A stretch of DNA of 64,000 bases from Mytilus trossulus (Eukaryota): the NCBI RefSeq assembly GCF_036588685.1, contig NC_086379.1:76694001-76758000 (forward strand). The letters run 5' to 3'. Of the stretch, positions 1-14,262 are shown in pieces (the stretch's first letter is position 1; each line of letters starts with the position of its first letter). The notes below the pieces were generated by a model. The model was not told the origin of the DNA. It worked only from the letters and a program-made list of their open reading frames with translations, and did no database searches. Position numbers and translations under genes: made by a program.

Positions 1-309
1 ATTATTTTATTGGGAAATTGTGGTCACCTAAGAAATAATCAGACTTGAGAAGCTTTCTTTTTTAAGGATTTCATAACCTTTTTGTGTGGGATGTTCATAC
101 TTTTTCATCTTATTGCCCCTACTCCTTACTTCTACTGTTTTAGAAACCTAATTAATTTTGACTTTTTCATGGTATAAATCTACTTTTGTTTTTGTAGAGA
201 TATTCTAAATGTATGTATGATGGATGTATCCAACATTTATCACCACATGACTAGATTGTGATATGTAAAGAAGTTCAAAGGGGTAATTTCTTTTGGATAC
301 GTTTCAATT

Positions 310-750
310 GGCCTGAGAACACAGTTATTTCGTAGTGCATTTCTTTTAGACAATACATTCAAATAAAAAAAAAATCCCGCCTGCACTTTCTCAAAAAGAT
401 TTTGACAGTGTAGTGTAATACCAGTGAGACAAATAATATCAAAATTATAGAAACTTCTACCAGCTCTTACTCAAAATATTGACAATTCTGTGTTAAGGGG
501 GTGTAAAATTCAGTTTGACAGCTTCAGACGTGATAAAATTTGACCTTTTTGAACTGGACCAAATAAAGATTCAGCACCCAAATTTTTTTAACATGTAAAT
601 ACATACCCCTCCTTAATATTTCATGCATTTAATATCAAGCAATAAATTGGAAAAGTGTATCAAATAAAACATGCAAGTTATACACTGTTACACTAGGGAC
701 TATATTCGTAGACAACGTAAACCAAAGGATGATAACTGTGTCCTTGGACC
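310..750. mobile_element. Non-autonomous DNA transposon (MITE) with imperfect TIRs and AATT flanks
   Basis: Left end GGCCTGAGAACACAGTTAT. The reverse complement of the right end is GGTCCAAGGACACAGTTAT. AATT lies directly outside both ends, a putative 4-bp TSD (AWWT is typical of Sola1). Confidence 0.6.
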
Positions 751-3526
751 AATTCAGGAACATTTTTATGAAAATCATTATAATTCACAGTATCAAGTTA
801 ATTCATGTATGTACTTTGAGTTTAAAACAGTTATAATGTGAATGAGCAAGTCACATTTTTTTTCAAATTACTCAAAAATTCAATTTTGATAGATAATTAT
901 CTTTATAAATATTAAATTGAAAATATAGAAAAAAAATAAGGGGTCAATCTATATAACAAAGGTAATAATTTAATGGAAGTCTTTTCAATTCTGACACGGA
1001 TGTCCTATTTACAACTTTCTTCAAAATGTCTTTATTAAGGCTAAATTCTAGTGCTAAATATTGTTTTAACATGTAAGTCATGTTAGTTAAATTATTGAAA
1101 ATCCTTTGAATACATCCAAATAAGAAATTTAAAAAGTAAAAGTCACACAGTCACATATATTACTGTTTTATGCTGAAATGTGGTACCTACTGATTTGGGT
1201 TTCAAATAAAGAATTAGAGAGGATCCTTGTATATTGTACTGTGTACAGTACTTAGTATAACTTATTCATTTACTATTTTTGTTGGATAGTAAAAGAAATT
1301 TAAAATTATAAAAAACACCTTCTAACTGAATAAAAATCTTAAAAGATAGAATAACAGATTGTGTGACAAGAAAGTGCAGTATCTGATCGATGTTAAAATA
1401 CACATGGCGATAAGTTGTTCTTGTTCCTGTTTGTTTTACATTCTGTAAGTTGAAACCAAACTTTGAAAGTAAAATCTTTTCTCTAGGAAAACTTTATGAA
1501 TGAATGATTTCCTTATACGCTTTCAACAAGGGAAATGAAATGGTTGATATATCGTGTAAAAGTAACTAAATAACTGTTTTCAATTGTCTTTCACAGAATT
1601 TTTCAGATTTCTTTAACTTATTTTAAATGATTCTGTATCCTTTATATTTAGAAATGTTTCTGACATGTATCCTTTATATGAGGGTTGTGATTTTTTTGAT
1701 TTTTTTTTTCTCAGTTTTATATTTTAGATTATAAAGTAGGATAATATGAAAGCTTTCTTTTATTTATGCGTATTATAAATATCAAGGTCTGTCCTTAGAT
1801 TTAAGCGTGCTTTGCTTTCAACTTATAAAGATTGTAATTTAAAATGCTTTGTCACACTCTATGTTAGAGTCTTAAGTTATCAGTCAAGATATTAAAATAT
1901 TGTTTTAATTAGCATACTTTATGCAGTCAACTTCATGTGTATTCAAGAAATAAGTGGCCAATGAAATCAATTTAAATGATATGCTTTCAGGACATGTTTT
2001 TCTTTATCTTTTCACTTAGCAGTAAAAGGTCTCATTCTTGAGAAGCCATAAACCTTAGGGGCAGGTCAGTCATTTAGAAAAAGGAGGGGGTCCAACCCCC
2101 GTTATCCTACCCCTGAATATGCCTCTAAAACCTAAGTTCAGTTAAAAACTGTACCACTGTTGATATGTGTATGTTAAAAAACAGGTTAAAGAAATAAACC
2201 ATGTGTTTGTTATTTATCATGTATTATAAAAATTGTTTCTGCAAGGGAAAAATTATTTCTTTGAAATGACATTTTTTTACATAAGATCTATCTGGTTACA
2301 AACAAACTTATTATTAGAAGCTACACATATGTAATGTCATAATTTTTAACTGAAGTCCACCAAATTCTTAGGAATGATAATGGGGTCACTGGGCTCAAGG
2401 TTAAAATAGTTTTATGATTATGAAGATTTTATTATCAGCTCCCTCAAATTTTAATAACATTAATAAAACTGACTGTTGTAAAGCTATTACTAAAATAAGG
2501 TGTTATCTAAGTGACATCCTTATTAAAATGCTATTTAATTTTAAGTTGTACGTTCCCCTTAAAGTTTAACTCTATGTCCACTTTCAAATGCATTGATCAA
2601 CCAAAAATAGGGGGTTTCCAACCCCTGAACCCCCTTGGATCCGCCACTGACTGGGCATAATTTTATTCTGCCTTTTATATATATCAAGATCATGATTGAA
2701 TGGATTAATTAGTTTGCAACAGAATAATATTGATTATGTGGGACATAGGCCATAGTAAATTGCAGCCATTTCATTTTATGATAACTTTTTTTTTCATGTG
2801 TAAGGAAAATCACTGTTTAGCTAACCATAAACAGATTACAAACACAAATAGTGGTATATTACTATAGCCAAAAAAAATTAATAAGGAAAAATTGACTTAG
2901 TATATATAGTTGAAGTTTGAATTTACAAACATTTGCCAAAACAAGTACTTTTTCAATTGAAATCATTTGAATAATTAGAGTTCATTATTGTAATATATTA
3001 TTGTTATTATTATTCATTGAAATATTAAAATCATCTTGATTACACTGTAGTTCTATGAATTTCTGTTGTAAACCTGCATAATTACTGTGACCTTCAGTTG
3101 CTTACATACCAGTTATTCTGACCCTGTTGAAATTATCTCCTTATTGTCTTGCATTGATGGCTTCAAAAAGGGAGGCATAGGCAGTGTCTGGCGTGGGTGG
3201 ATGATCAACAATGTATTAGTTTGTGATAAGGTCCCGTTAATGATGAACCACTAAAGGTCATTATTGTATAAGCTTTTGGCAGATCCTATTTCCATGGATA
3301 TTATTTGTCCCTTCTCCTCCTTCAGGGGTACCTTCAGTTCATTGAATTTGAATATTTGGATATCTTACATGATAAAGTATTGCTATTTTAATTTCAGTAT
3401 TTGCATTATCAACAATAAATAAAGAAGAAGCATATCTCTTATTCAACAGGTCATTTTTATGTGATCTAGAGTTAATATTTGTGACACCATGATAACCCTG
3501 ACAGCACCTTAATATGAAATTTGAAA

Positions 3527-4829
3527 TGCCTTTCAAGCACTGTACCTTTATAGGAAAGAATAGGCCTATTAAATTCTGTACCTTCATTGGAAATAATGAG
3601 CCCATCAAGCACTGAACAAATTTTGGAAAGAACGGGTCAATCAAGCACTGTACTTTTATAGGAAAAACATGGGCCAATCAATAGATACAGGTATTCAAAG
3701 ACGTGGTATGAGTGCCAATGAGACAACTCTCCATCCAAGTCACAATTTATAAAAGTAAACTATTAAGCCATCAAGCACTGTACCTTTTAGGAAAGAATAA
3801 GCTCCTCCAACACTGTACTTTTATTTGTAAGGATGGTCCAATCAAGTGTCGTACATTTGTAGGAAATAATGGGCCCATCAAACAATTTACCTGTATTTGA
3901 CAAATTGGGCCATCAAGTACTGTACCTGTTGTTTGAAAGAATGGTACATCAAGCACTGTATCTTTATTTGAAAGAATAGGCCCATCAAGCACCGAAATTT
4001 TACAGGAAAGGATAGGCCCATCAAGTACTGTACCTTTATTTGAAAGAATTGGCCCATCAAACACTGTACCACGTGAAAGAATAGGCCCTTCAAACACATC
4101 ACCTTTATAGGAAAGAATCAAGCTTTGTGCCATTATTTAAAAGATATGTCTTTCAAGCACTGAACCTTAAAAAAAGAATTGGCCCATCAAGCACTGTATC
4201 TTTATCAGAAACAATGGGCCCTTTTATCAGGGTACCTTTAATGGAAACAATGGGCCCACCAAGCACTGTGCCTTTATAGGAAAGACTGAACTCATCAAGC
4301 AGTTTATCTTTCATTGGTAAGAATGGACCCATAAATCACTACCTTTACAGGAAATAATGGACCCATTAAACACTTTACCTGTGTTTGACAAAATTGGCCC
4401 ATCGAGTACTGTACCTGTTATTTGTTAGAATGGCCCATCAAGTACTGTACCTATTATTTGATAGAATGGCCCATCAAGTACTGTACCTGTTATTTGATAG
4501 AATGGCCCATCAAGTACTGTACCTGTTATTTGATAGAATGGGCCATCAAACACTGTATTTTAATGGAAGTAATGCACTTTACCTTTATTTGAATGAATTG
4601 GCCCATCTAACACTGAAACTTTATAAGAAAGAAAAGGCCCTGCAAGCTCTGATCCTTTATTGGAAAGAAATTGTTCTTCAATCAATGAACCTTTAAAGGA
4701 AATGATAGGCCCATCAGTCACTGTACCTTTATGGGAGAGAAAAGGCCAATCACACACTGTATCTTTATTTGAAAGAATTGGCGCATCAAGCACTGAACTT
4801 TTATAGGAGTGAATAGGTCCATCAAGCAT
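3527..4829. repeat. 36-bp minisatellite array, roughly 34 degenerate copies
   Basis: Unit is approximately GGCCCATCAAGCACTGTACCTTTATTTGAAAGAAT(N). TGGCCCATCA recurs at 4431, 4467 and 4503 (period 36). A short interspersed-repeat 3' end interrupts the array at about 3685-3765. Confidence 0.9.
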
Positions 4830-4977
4830 AAAACTATAATAAATAGATAGGCAAACACGGTAATTGCATGATCATTTTTGTTGTTTAGAAAAGAAAAGCT
4901 TATTAAAATTATGTCATGAATATGTCATTGAAACTATCAGGAGTTATTAATGACAAGTTTTGAATACTTTTCCTTTT

Positions 4978-7003
4978 TAAGGTCTTTCCCCTACGTGAGG
5001 AAAGACCTTATTGTTTTTCTAATGTTTTTTCTTTCTTTTTTTTTTACTTCCAGCATTTGTTTGGCACACCCTCCTACCGCTTCTATTGGAGTTATCAATA
5101 TCAAAATTGAACCATCGATAGACCTCATTATGAACTGCTACCTGATGAACTTTTGTAGAATTTCATCATCCCCTTAAGAAGTTATCTCCCTTTTATTGAT
5201 TTTTTTCAACATGGCCCCCCTCGTGGTTTTTAAAGATATCATGACCTTATTTGGACAAAATGTACATCTCATCATTATGTGTTACCATATGAGGCTGCAT
5301 AGGATTTCATCGTCCCCAATGAGAGTTATATCCCCTTGAATCAATTTCTTTCCTTTGTATTTTTTTCAAAAAGTAAAAGAGATAGAATCGATTTGAAAAC
5401 AGCAACATGTACAGGAACAGATAACAATGTTAATGGACATGTACAATCATTTTGTTATTAACCCTTATAAGGAGTTATTTCCCTTGAAAAAATGAACATA
5501 TTTTTTGAAAAATTCTATTTCGAGAACCGGAAGTCATAGAGACCTGGAACCTTCACCAATATTCTTTAATTCATGTGACCTTTAATATGCACCCAAGGTC
5601 AAAGGTCACAGAGTGCAAAAAAAAATTACGCTGCAATTTCAAGCTCACATATTAGGAAAACGATAAGACTTTGCTGCATACATACAGCGTATAAAATGTT
5701 CCTCTCGACGAGCTCTACATTTCATAGAGTAAGACCAAAAATGTCTGACTGTCTGTTAAAAAGTTACATCTGGATGATTCTTAAAAGTATAGTATTTTGT
5801 GTATATCTTTTTAAAAGTAACAGATATCAACCTACTATAAACTGCAAAGATAATCAGTAATTCAAGACCTTCAATTTGAGGTCAATGTCAGGTCATGACA
5901 AAATTTCACCTTGACCTTCACAGTATACAATGACCTTGACCTTGTGATATTTAAAAGGTTAAGTGGTCCTGAGTTGAATGGCGCTAGTCCCATGTCTCTA
6001 CGACTTCCGGTTCTTAAGTTTGTTATTGCATCATAAATTTGATGACTAATTGTGACCTTGGTGATTTTTTAAATTGTCCCAATTCTTTTTCTATAATGTT
6101 GTCCTTCAACTGTAGATCATTTATCATTTAACAGATTTGAGATATCTATTGTCGTTTTAGAGATAATGCAATTTGCAGTTTTGCGAGCGGCAGCATGTAT
6201 TTCCGAATCAACAACAGCTTACCCCTTAAAATGTTTAAGAAATTGAAGAGGTTAACATACTTATATCTTTGACCAAATACCAAAAACATTCCATTGAAAA
6301 AAACACCAAAAAATTCATTTTGAAATTTTCATGTTTTGCATTGACTTTGTAAGTTTCATAACTTCTATTTATATAATTGATATTGCATCATTTTTTGCAC
6401 TTTGTCAAATTGGGTCATCTGATATATCAAATTGAAGGTCTTAATAAACTCTACTTAAAAACGAAAATTTTAAACCTCTTTTTTCATCCCAGGTGGAAGG
6501 GTGGGGTCATTTAGTGCAAAAATTCAAACTTCTTAGATGGTAAGGTTGTCGCATATCAAATTAAAGAACATAAAACGTACATTTCAAATTTCAAATTAAC
6601 GTCTCCCGAAAATTGGTAAGATGGGGTCATTGAGTGCAAACAATAAATTTTCTTTACAATAGGGTTGTTGTATATCAAATGAAAGGTCATGATGAGAACA
6701 TTTGAAATATCGAATTCCCAACCTCAAAAATTGGTTGGATGGGGTTATTAAGTGCAAAAATCAAACTTTGTAGAACACGGCGTTGTCGCATATCAAATGA
6801 AAGCTCATCTACCCTGTGTTACATGTATCATACTTCCGATCTCAAAAAGGTAGGGCGAATAAGGTCATTAAGTGTAAAAATCGAAAAGTTTCAGAAGGTA
6901 TGCTTGTCGTATATCAAACGAAAGGTCGTACAAAGTACATTACGAAAACATCACTTTTACAGGAAAGACCTTTCAATTGTTTTACAAACAATTGAGATAC
7001 TAG
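4978..7003 (+). mobile_element. Helentron/DINE-like non-autonomous element
   Basis: 5' inverted repeat AAGGTCTTTCC..GGAAAGACCTT. The sub-terminal motif GGAAAGACCTT recurs at about 6962, followed by the hairpin TCAATTGTTT..AAACAATTGA and CTAG into a T-run. Degenerate internal repeats at 6400-6950. Confidence 0.6.
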
Positions 7004-7454
7004 TTTTTTGTTTATTATTTTTAAAACGTTAATAGATAAACAGAAATTGCAGCCATGAGAATTGATGAACTATATCAAGATTTACAAAATAACTAATATG
7101 ACAGTTATTGCCCTTAAATGACGATTTCCACAATCAGTCATGGTCTAGACTAGTACTACTGACGTAATTTCTTGCAAAGATAACATACTACTAGGGGTAT
7201 TCAACGACCTTGACTATCCACGAGGGTCTCGTACTGTCACGTAAGGTTAAGTTGATAAGGTTACGATTAAAGTACCAATGGAATTAAAGTCAATGACATT
7301 TGGTATTCAGTTGTATTACCATTAGTACATATCATTTACTTGTAGATTCTATACCCTGCCTTCTCAGTATTGATGCGTTACCTTTGGAATTTTTACATAG
7401 TTATGTCAGTTTAGGTTTGGTGTCACTGATATTTGGTGTATTATGTTACGAAGT

Positions 7455-8380
7455 TTCCGTCAGTCACATGTCCAATGTCCTTGACCTCATTTTCATGGTT
7501 CAGTGACTACTTGAAAAAAAAGTTAAGATTTTTTGTAATGTTAAATTCTCTCTTATTATAAGTAATAGGATAAGTATATTTGGTATGTGCGTACCTTGCA
7601 TGGTCCTCTTGCCCGTCAGACAGTTTTCACTTGACCTCGACCTCATTTCATGGATCAGTGAACAAGGTTAAGTTTTGGTGGTCAAGTCCATATCTGAGAT
7701 ACTATAAGCAATAGGTCTAGTATATTCGGTGTATGGAAGCACTGTAAGGTGTACATGTCCAACTGGCAGGTGTCATTTGACCTTGACCTCATTTTCATGG
7801 TTCAGTGGTTATAGTTAAGTTTTTGTGTTTTGGTCAGGTTTTCTTATACTGTATGCAATAGGTCTTCTATATTTTGTGTATGGAATGGTTGTAAGGTGTA
7901 CAGGTCTACCTGGCAGGTGTCATATGACCTTGACCTCATTTTCATGGTTCAGTGGTCAAAGTTAAGTTTTCAAGTTTTGGCCTTTTTTTCTAATACTATA
8001 TGCAATAGGTCAAGTATATTTGGTGTATGGAAATATTTCATGATCTACATGTCATTTGGGCAGGGTTTTTTTTACCTTGACCTCATTTTTTACGGTTCAT
8101 TGCTCAGTGTTAAGCTTTTGCGTTTTGGTCTGTTTTTCTTAAACAATAAGCAATAAGTCAATTTTATTTGTTGTATGGAAGAATTGTTAGCTGTACATGC
8201 CTACCTGGCATGGTTCATCTGACATTGACCTCATTTTTATGGTTCAAAAGTCAATGTTTAGTTTTCTTGGTTTATGTTAAGTTTATGTGACAGTTGTAAT
8301 AAAGCTTTATTATTAGGACTATCAACATAATACCACTGATTAGTAAAGAAGGCGAGACATTTCAGTGTGTGCACTCTTGT
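7455..8380 (+). mobile_element. Helentron-like element remnant with internal tandem repeats of about 130-150 bp
   Basis: CCTTGACCTCATTTTCATGGTTCAGTG variants recur at about 7480, 7640, 7782, 7928, 8075 and 8225. The element ends in the hairpin AGTGTGTGCACT, then CTTG and a T-run. Confidence 0.6.
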
Positions 8381-8795
8381 TTTTACTGATAAATAATACG
8401 CTCGGGTGTTATCAAACTAGGAAGGTAGAAAGTTTGAGTCATTAAACATAAGTAGACAACATGACAAACAAAAACCCCAGTTTACGTAGTTTATTTACAG
8501 TGCATTTATTTCTTTACTTTATCTTTATTTCTTTCGGTTATCATGACGATGTTATCAATTTTCTAAATTAAAAATAATTGCATTTTTATTAGGAAAATAA
8601 ATGTTTAATCAGCTTAAAGTCGTTACCAGGCACTAGATATATTAAGACCGATAAGGCGCATCACATTTTTGACTAATTAGGTAACTATGATTTATACATC
8701 TTATCCTTCCTGTATCTATCAAACAGTTCAATCTAAATTTAGTTTATCTGTATATGTAATAATTGAACAATTAATGTTATCTGGTCGAAACAAAG

Positions 8796-11700
8796 ATGGA
8801 CGGGCGTGTTCTTGTGGTCTTCACATTCATGTGTGTTAGTGTTTATAGTAGTCAAGTGTTGTTAGTATCTATGGATGGCTTCAGATGGGACTATTTGACG
8901 AAAGTTTCCACTCCAAACTTTGATCGCCTTGCTCGAGATGGGACTAAAGCCAGTTACATTAATAACACCTTTATAACGAAGACTTTCCCCTGTCATTATA
9001 CTATAGTCACTGGTAAGTAGTATTGAAACCTTTGCTTTCGTCAGGGTTATATAGGATATATTAAGTGTAGACTGTAACTAAGGACATATTGTTCATAAAT
9101 TTGCATGTTAATTTATTACAGTTTTCAGTAGGAAATTGAAAAAAATACTGAATAAAAATCTATTATTTTTTTTATTAATTTACTGGTTTCGAAACAAATA
9201 TTGGTAATACAAATGTTTAAGAAATAAAAGGATGTTTAAAAACACTTTTTTCTGAGTCAAAACGATGTAGGTCGGGTCTGGTTTGTGGTCAAGATTGGTG
9301 TAGTCATCTTATTTTTATTTATTTTTAATTAAGCCTAAATTCATATAAAACTTCAAATTGAAAATAAGCTTGAATGCGTTTGAAAGTACTACTAAACAAA
9401 TGAACGTGAACTTGCATGTAAAAGTAAATTCTTTTAGGTTAGAATATCAAAATCTTCGCAAGTGTAAGCTATTGCATTATTGTGTTCACGTACACTAATT
9501 CACCGACATTTTCCCGTATGGAGTGAAACTACGAAACAATACGTTAGAACTTCGACCACCGCAAAGAGCAAGTCTAACGGGAAACCCGGTTTGAAAGAAT
9601 GTAAACAAACGTGCATTAGCAGGGGAAAACAATTGTAAAGAAGACATTTAATAGCCAAATCATATAACAACTGTTTAAGGGAAAGTTGAATAAAAAAAAA
9701 AGATGGGAATGCATGGAAAGTTACATCTCAAATAATACACGATGGTCTTGATGTATAGATTCTGCGTACTGATGTTGTTTATCATCTTAACAACATGTTT
9801 TACTGTTCTTTCATTTGTCTTTGTTCTATTATTAATATTACTTTTACTGTTGAATGGTTTTATGTAATTCCGTTTGACGTGGCTCGGTACTTATACATCT
9901 CGTCAATGTGTGTGTATTGGCTTTTATTTTTTGGTGGTTTGTTTTGTATATGCGACTCTTTGTATTTCTTTTGTTCTTATTACGTGACTCTGTACTTTAA
10001 AAGATCCCGTCAGTATTATTTTGGTCTATTATATGTCATTATGATATATTTCTATTATGAATTACTATATACGTTGAACCACAAACGTCAAAATCATTTA
10101 ATCGCGTAGTGGAATTAACTATTTTTGGATTCTCGTAAATTCTACCTAACGTAAGGGTACCCAAATTGCACCGAGTACCCAAAATGCACCTATTTAGAAA
10201 AAATAGCAACGGAAATCGTACAAGATTTCGTAGAGACAAAACAATTTGTATTTTTATGATTTGATACTATGCACGTCTTTCAACATAGGTAAACATATTT
10301 AGATATACACAAAACGTTCACAGTATTTATCAACAGCTGGACTGTTTTACTGAAAAAGCAAAATGTACGAAAACGTCATCATGCGACGTCATCAAAACGT
10401 CATCTTTTTAAAATTGGCAAATACAATATATTATAAGTATCCATTTCGTAAAATATGAAGAGTAAGCATGGACTAACATCCAATTGTTCAAAATATTTGA
10501 AGAAATTAAACAAAAGCTCGGTTATTAGACTTTTGACGATGTAAATTTAAGCATGGATGCAATTTGGGTACTCCTCATCACAGAATCATGGATAATTTGG
10601 AGGTTGATTCAAACCCATTTTTTTATGACATCAAATTGAATTAAAAATTAAATTGGTGTACCTATAAAATAAAGAAGGATAGGGCTACAAAATAAACACA
10701 TTAAGGACATTTATTTCTTGATCATAAAAAAACGTCAGTGAAAAAACTGTCAAAATAGGTGCAATTTGGGTACCGTCACGTTATAACTTTTGGACTAGTT
10801 TAAATCTCGGTCTATTTCTGTAATTTGTTCTTACATACTTTTGATTTTTTAACTCTGTATGCTTACATTGCCTATGTAAATTTTAAAACTGTTTGTATGC
10901 ACATTGAACGACAAATTTATGTGACGTATACAAATTTTATGACGTCAGACACTCAAGTCAATCCATGTGTTCGTAGATAAATGTTTTTGTGTTCTGTTAA
11001 ATTTTCCCTTTTCAAATTGTTATGCAATGATGACTGATGTACCCATATTGTGACTATTTTATTAATTGTGACTGTTTATTTAACGCATCATGTAAATATA
11101 ACGGAATTTGATGAGACTGTTATTAAAGGGAGAGGGTTAGCGTTATAGAACCAGGTTTAATCCACCATTTTTTACATTTGAAAATGCCTGTACCAAGTCA
11201 GGAATATGACAGTTCTTGTCTATTCGTTTTTGATGCGTTTTGTTTATTTGATTTTGCCATGTGATTATGGACTTTCCGTATTGATTTTCCTCTGAGTTCA
11301 GTATTTTTGTGATTTTACTTTTTATTGATTGTTTTTTTAATGTCAAGATCCAGTTAACTGCGGCATAATACTAAAAAGTTAAGTAACTTGTGTTCAACCA
11401 TTAATTGTCGATAATTCGTTTTAGATTTGAAATAAATGTAAAAATGCATGCAGTACTAAGTTTTATGTAGATGCATGCATTTCCAATAACAGTTTTAATT
11501 CAAGAAACTCTTTTCAAATTCAAGTGGCTTAATTACTTTACAAATTGTGACTTGGATGGAGAGTTGTCTCATTGGTACTCATACCACATCTTCCTATATC
11601 TATTTGCACCTTTTCTTGTGATTGAAAAAACATTTTATGGTTGAATTGTAGGTCTATATGAAGAAAGTCATGGCATCATTGGGAATAAAATGTATGATCC

Positions 11701-14262
11701 AGTATTCAACAGCACGTTTAACATGCGAAATAACGAAACGAGATGGTGGAATGGTGGTGAACCACTATGGGTAACGGCTCGTAGACAAAACCTAACAAGT
11801 GCCACGTATTTCTGGCCTGGAAGTGAGGCAGAAATCAGAGGTTACAGACCAAACATCTGGAAACATTATAACGAATCAGTTCCTTTCAAAAATCGTATTG
11901 ATACGGTTATAACATGGTTGACAGATGAACAAATAGATCTTGTAACTCTGTATTTCCAGGAACCAGACGCCACTGGACATGCCTTTGGTCCAGATTCGCC
12001 TCAGATTATTGACAAGGTTAAAGCTATGGATAAGATTTTAGGATATCTTTTGGATCAATTTGACTCGAATTATCTCACGAGCAAGGTGAATTTGATATTG
12101 ACCAGCGATCATGGAATGACAACTATAGATACTGCCAACAAAGTAGTGGACATTACGGATCATGTGGATATGAGCAAAATACAGTTTACTGTGGATAACG
12201 GACCAATCATGCAGATCCAACCTTCTTTGGGACAGATAGATGATGTTGTCCAGAGTTTCCAGAATGTTTCACATATTTCAGTTTTCAAGAAGGAAGAAAT
12301 ACCCGATCACTGGCACTACAGAAACAATAGACGCATCATGCCAGTATTTCTGCTTGCCGAAGAAGGCTGGTCTATTACAACAGTAAGTGAAACTAATTTT
12401 TTTATGAAACCTGGATTTGTATGCTCTTAATCTATTTATGACTTTTGAACAGCGGTAATCTACTGTTGACTTTATTTATAAGTTATCTATAGTTAACATA
12501 CAATTAAAAGTTAATTTCTCAAAAAAAGTACTTCAACTGGGCCAGCCGTTATCAATTGAAAATAAACGGTTTGTAGTTAATTTGATAAATGTTCTGTCAG
12601 GAACTGTTGACGATCGATCACGCATCTATCAATCTATTGCGAACGAATGAAACTTGTTATTTTGAAAAATTCACAGAAAATAACATTATCAAGATGGTTA
12701 ATTCTTAATTAACATCTTTTTTACGTTTATGGTCTGGGTTTTTTTCAACAAACAATCGGCATTCCAATGAGAAAAATGTGCTCCTTTTCTTGCTTACTTT
12801 TGGGTGAATGTGTTGAAATCATCTATCCTTTTGAACTTGAAATAACGTATAAAACAGGTACCGTTATGTCTGCTTCTTTCTCAACCTACATTTAATGAAA
12901 ATAGATCAATTGACAAAGAGGGTCGGTGGTGAAAAAAAATTACGACAAAAAGATGATTGTAGTTGTCCAATTGTAAATATTCCTTTTTATGTAACAACAT
13001 TCCAGCAGTGCCAGCATATAGAGTTTTTCCTTGGTATAGTTTTGCTGCTCACAAGGAAGCTATTAATCTAAGAGTTCTAAGTGATGAAGTTGAAATCATC
13101 CCTTCGAATACTTTACTTTACCTTCACGAGTTGGTTGACCTTTATTGAATAAAAGTTTCACATACTCGACAGATATGTTCCAATTGTCGTTACCACAATC
13201 CAATATCCTTTTTTTATGATGTACCGTGTTAGACTAATCACTGGATTTGTACCTTCATGAATGACTTGACGGGTTCCACATATGTAGCAGGATCTGCTAA
13301 CCCTTCCGTGGCACCTGGGTTTTGATGTGGTTTGCGTTGCTCGGTATTTAATATTCTATGTTGTTTTTGTTATAGTGTTGTTTGTCTCTTAGTCCTTCAC
13401 CATGTCATTAAATGTCGGCTGATGAGTTTGAATGGTCCTTCTGTATCTGTTGCCTCTCATTTGGCAGAAATAGTTTTTGCACTGCACACGATAATGTCAC
13501 AATGTTCTAGGTATGACGTTGATATATACTGTTCAAAGCAAACTTTCAGATACATACAACTTGCTTATATAGTAGCTCTATATGCGTTACTGTTTGTTTT
13601 TGTTGTCAATTATTCCGTTATTATAGGCTTGAACGCTTTTCTTGTTGTGCATTTTAATGCTTGTTTAGTTTGTATGTTTTATAATTCCTCGTATATGTCA
13701 AACCTACATCCTCGGCGACTATTTACATACACTTTTAAACGGTTTCACACCCCAAACAGAAAGAAAGAAATATTTGTATCCAATAAACTACATGAAATTA
13801 TAAATTCATCAATTTAAACAATATTTGAATACAAATTGAAGCGTTTGGTAGACATCTGACAAACTATGTATCAGTATATTGCGTTGTAATTTTTCGGTAC
13901 TGTAACACCAGATTTCACAATAATGAAATTTATATGTTGTTTCCTTTTTATTTCAGAACAAACGTAAAGCAGCATTGTATCATGGGAAAGGCGCCCACGG
14001 TTATGACAACCGTCTAAATAGTATGAAACCAATATTTCTGGCTAGAGGTCCAAATATCAAAGAAAATTATATAACAAACACATTCAGAAGTATTGATATC
14101 TATCCCATGGTCTGCCATCTACTGGGAATACAACCGGCACCAAACAATGGCAGTCTAACAGCTACTTCAAGTTTTCTTGTAAAGAGTGGTACTAATGACG
14201 CATCAGCAAATATTGTTTCATTCTTGACATTTATTTTATGCACGCTACTAGTAATAATGTAA
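8796..14262 (+). CDS. Ectonucleotide pyrophosphatase/phosphodiesterase (ENPP4/5/6/7-type, single catalytic domain), copy A, 417 aa, 3 exons
   Basis: Exons 8796-9012, 11652-12382 and 13957-14262, all with GT-AG introns and consistent phases (1, 0). Signal peptide; SMDGFRWDY; catalytic Thr motif TKTFPCHY; EPDATGH, SDHG and HGYDN metal ligands; hydrophobic C-terminal tail (GPI or TM anchor). Confidence 0.95.
10149..10781. mobile_element. TIR MITE with TA target duplication, nested in a longer repeat in ENPP-A intron 1
   Basis: TA-ACGTAAGGGTACCCAAATTGCACC ... GGTGCAATTTGGGTACCGTCACGT-TA: 24-bp TIR with 2 mismatches. Confidence 0.75.
11114..11214 (+). ncRNA. Twister-ribozyme-like motif (P5-permuted) in an interspersed repeat
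   Basis: GGA-GA-GGG ... T|AA-TCC-ACC, P3 CATTTT/AAAATG, CCTG-TACCAAGT-CAGG, closing stem CTGTTAT/ATGACAG. One T1 mismatch. Confidence 0.65.
12690..13330 (+). mobile_element. Decayed Penelope-like (PLE) reverse transcriptase fragment
   Basis: Frameshifted remnants FQQTIGIPM, IYPFELEI, YDK-DD and FLCNNIPAVPAY match the better-preserved PLE RT at 49500-50370. Confidence 0.65.

Noticed and set aside
1-3500. 3' UTR or exons of an upstream gene
   Set aside because: The region is AT-rich with AATAAA motifs but has no supportable coding exon. It cannot be assigned from sequence alone.
3339-4829. Repetitive ORFs (VLDGPILS.., LFDRMAHQVLY..) and a CRISPR-like appearance
   Set aside because: These are by-products of a 36-bp tandem repeat. 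There are no unique spacers and no cas genes, and the context is eukaryotic.
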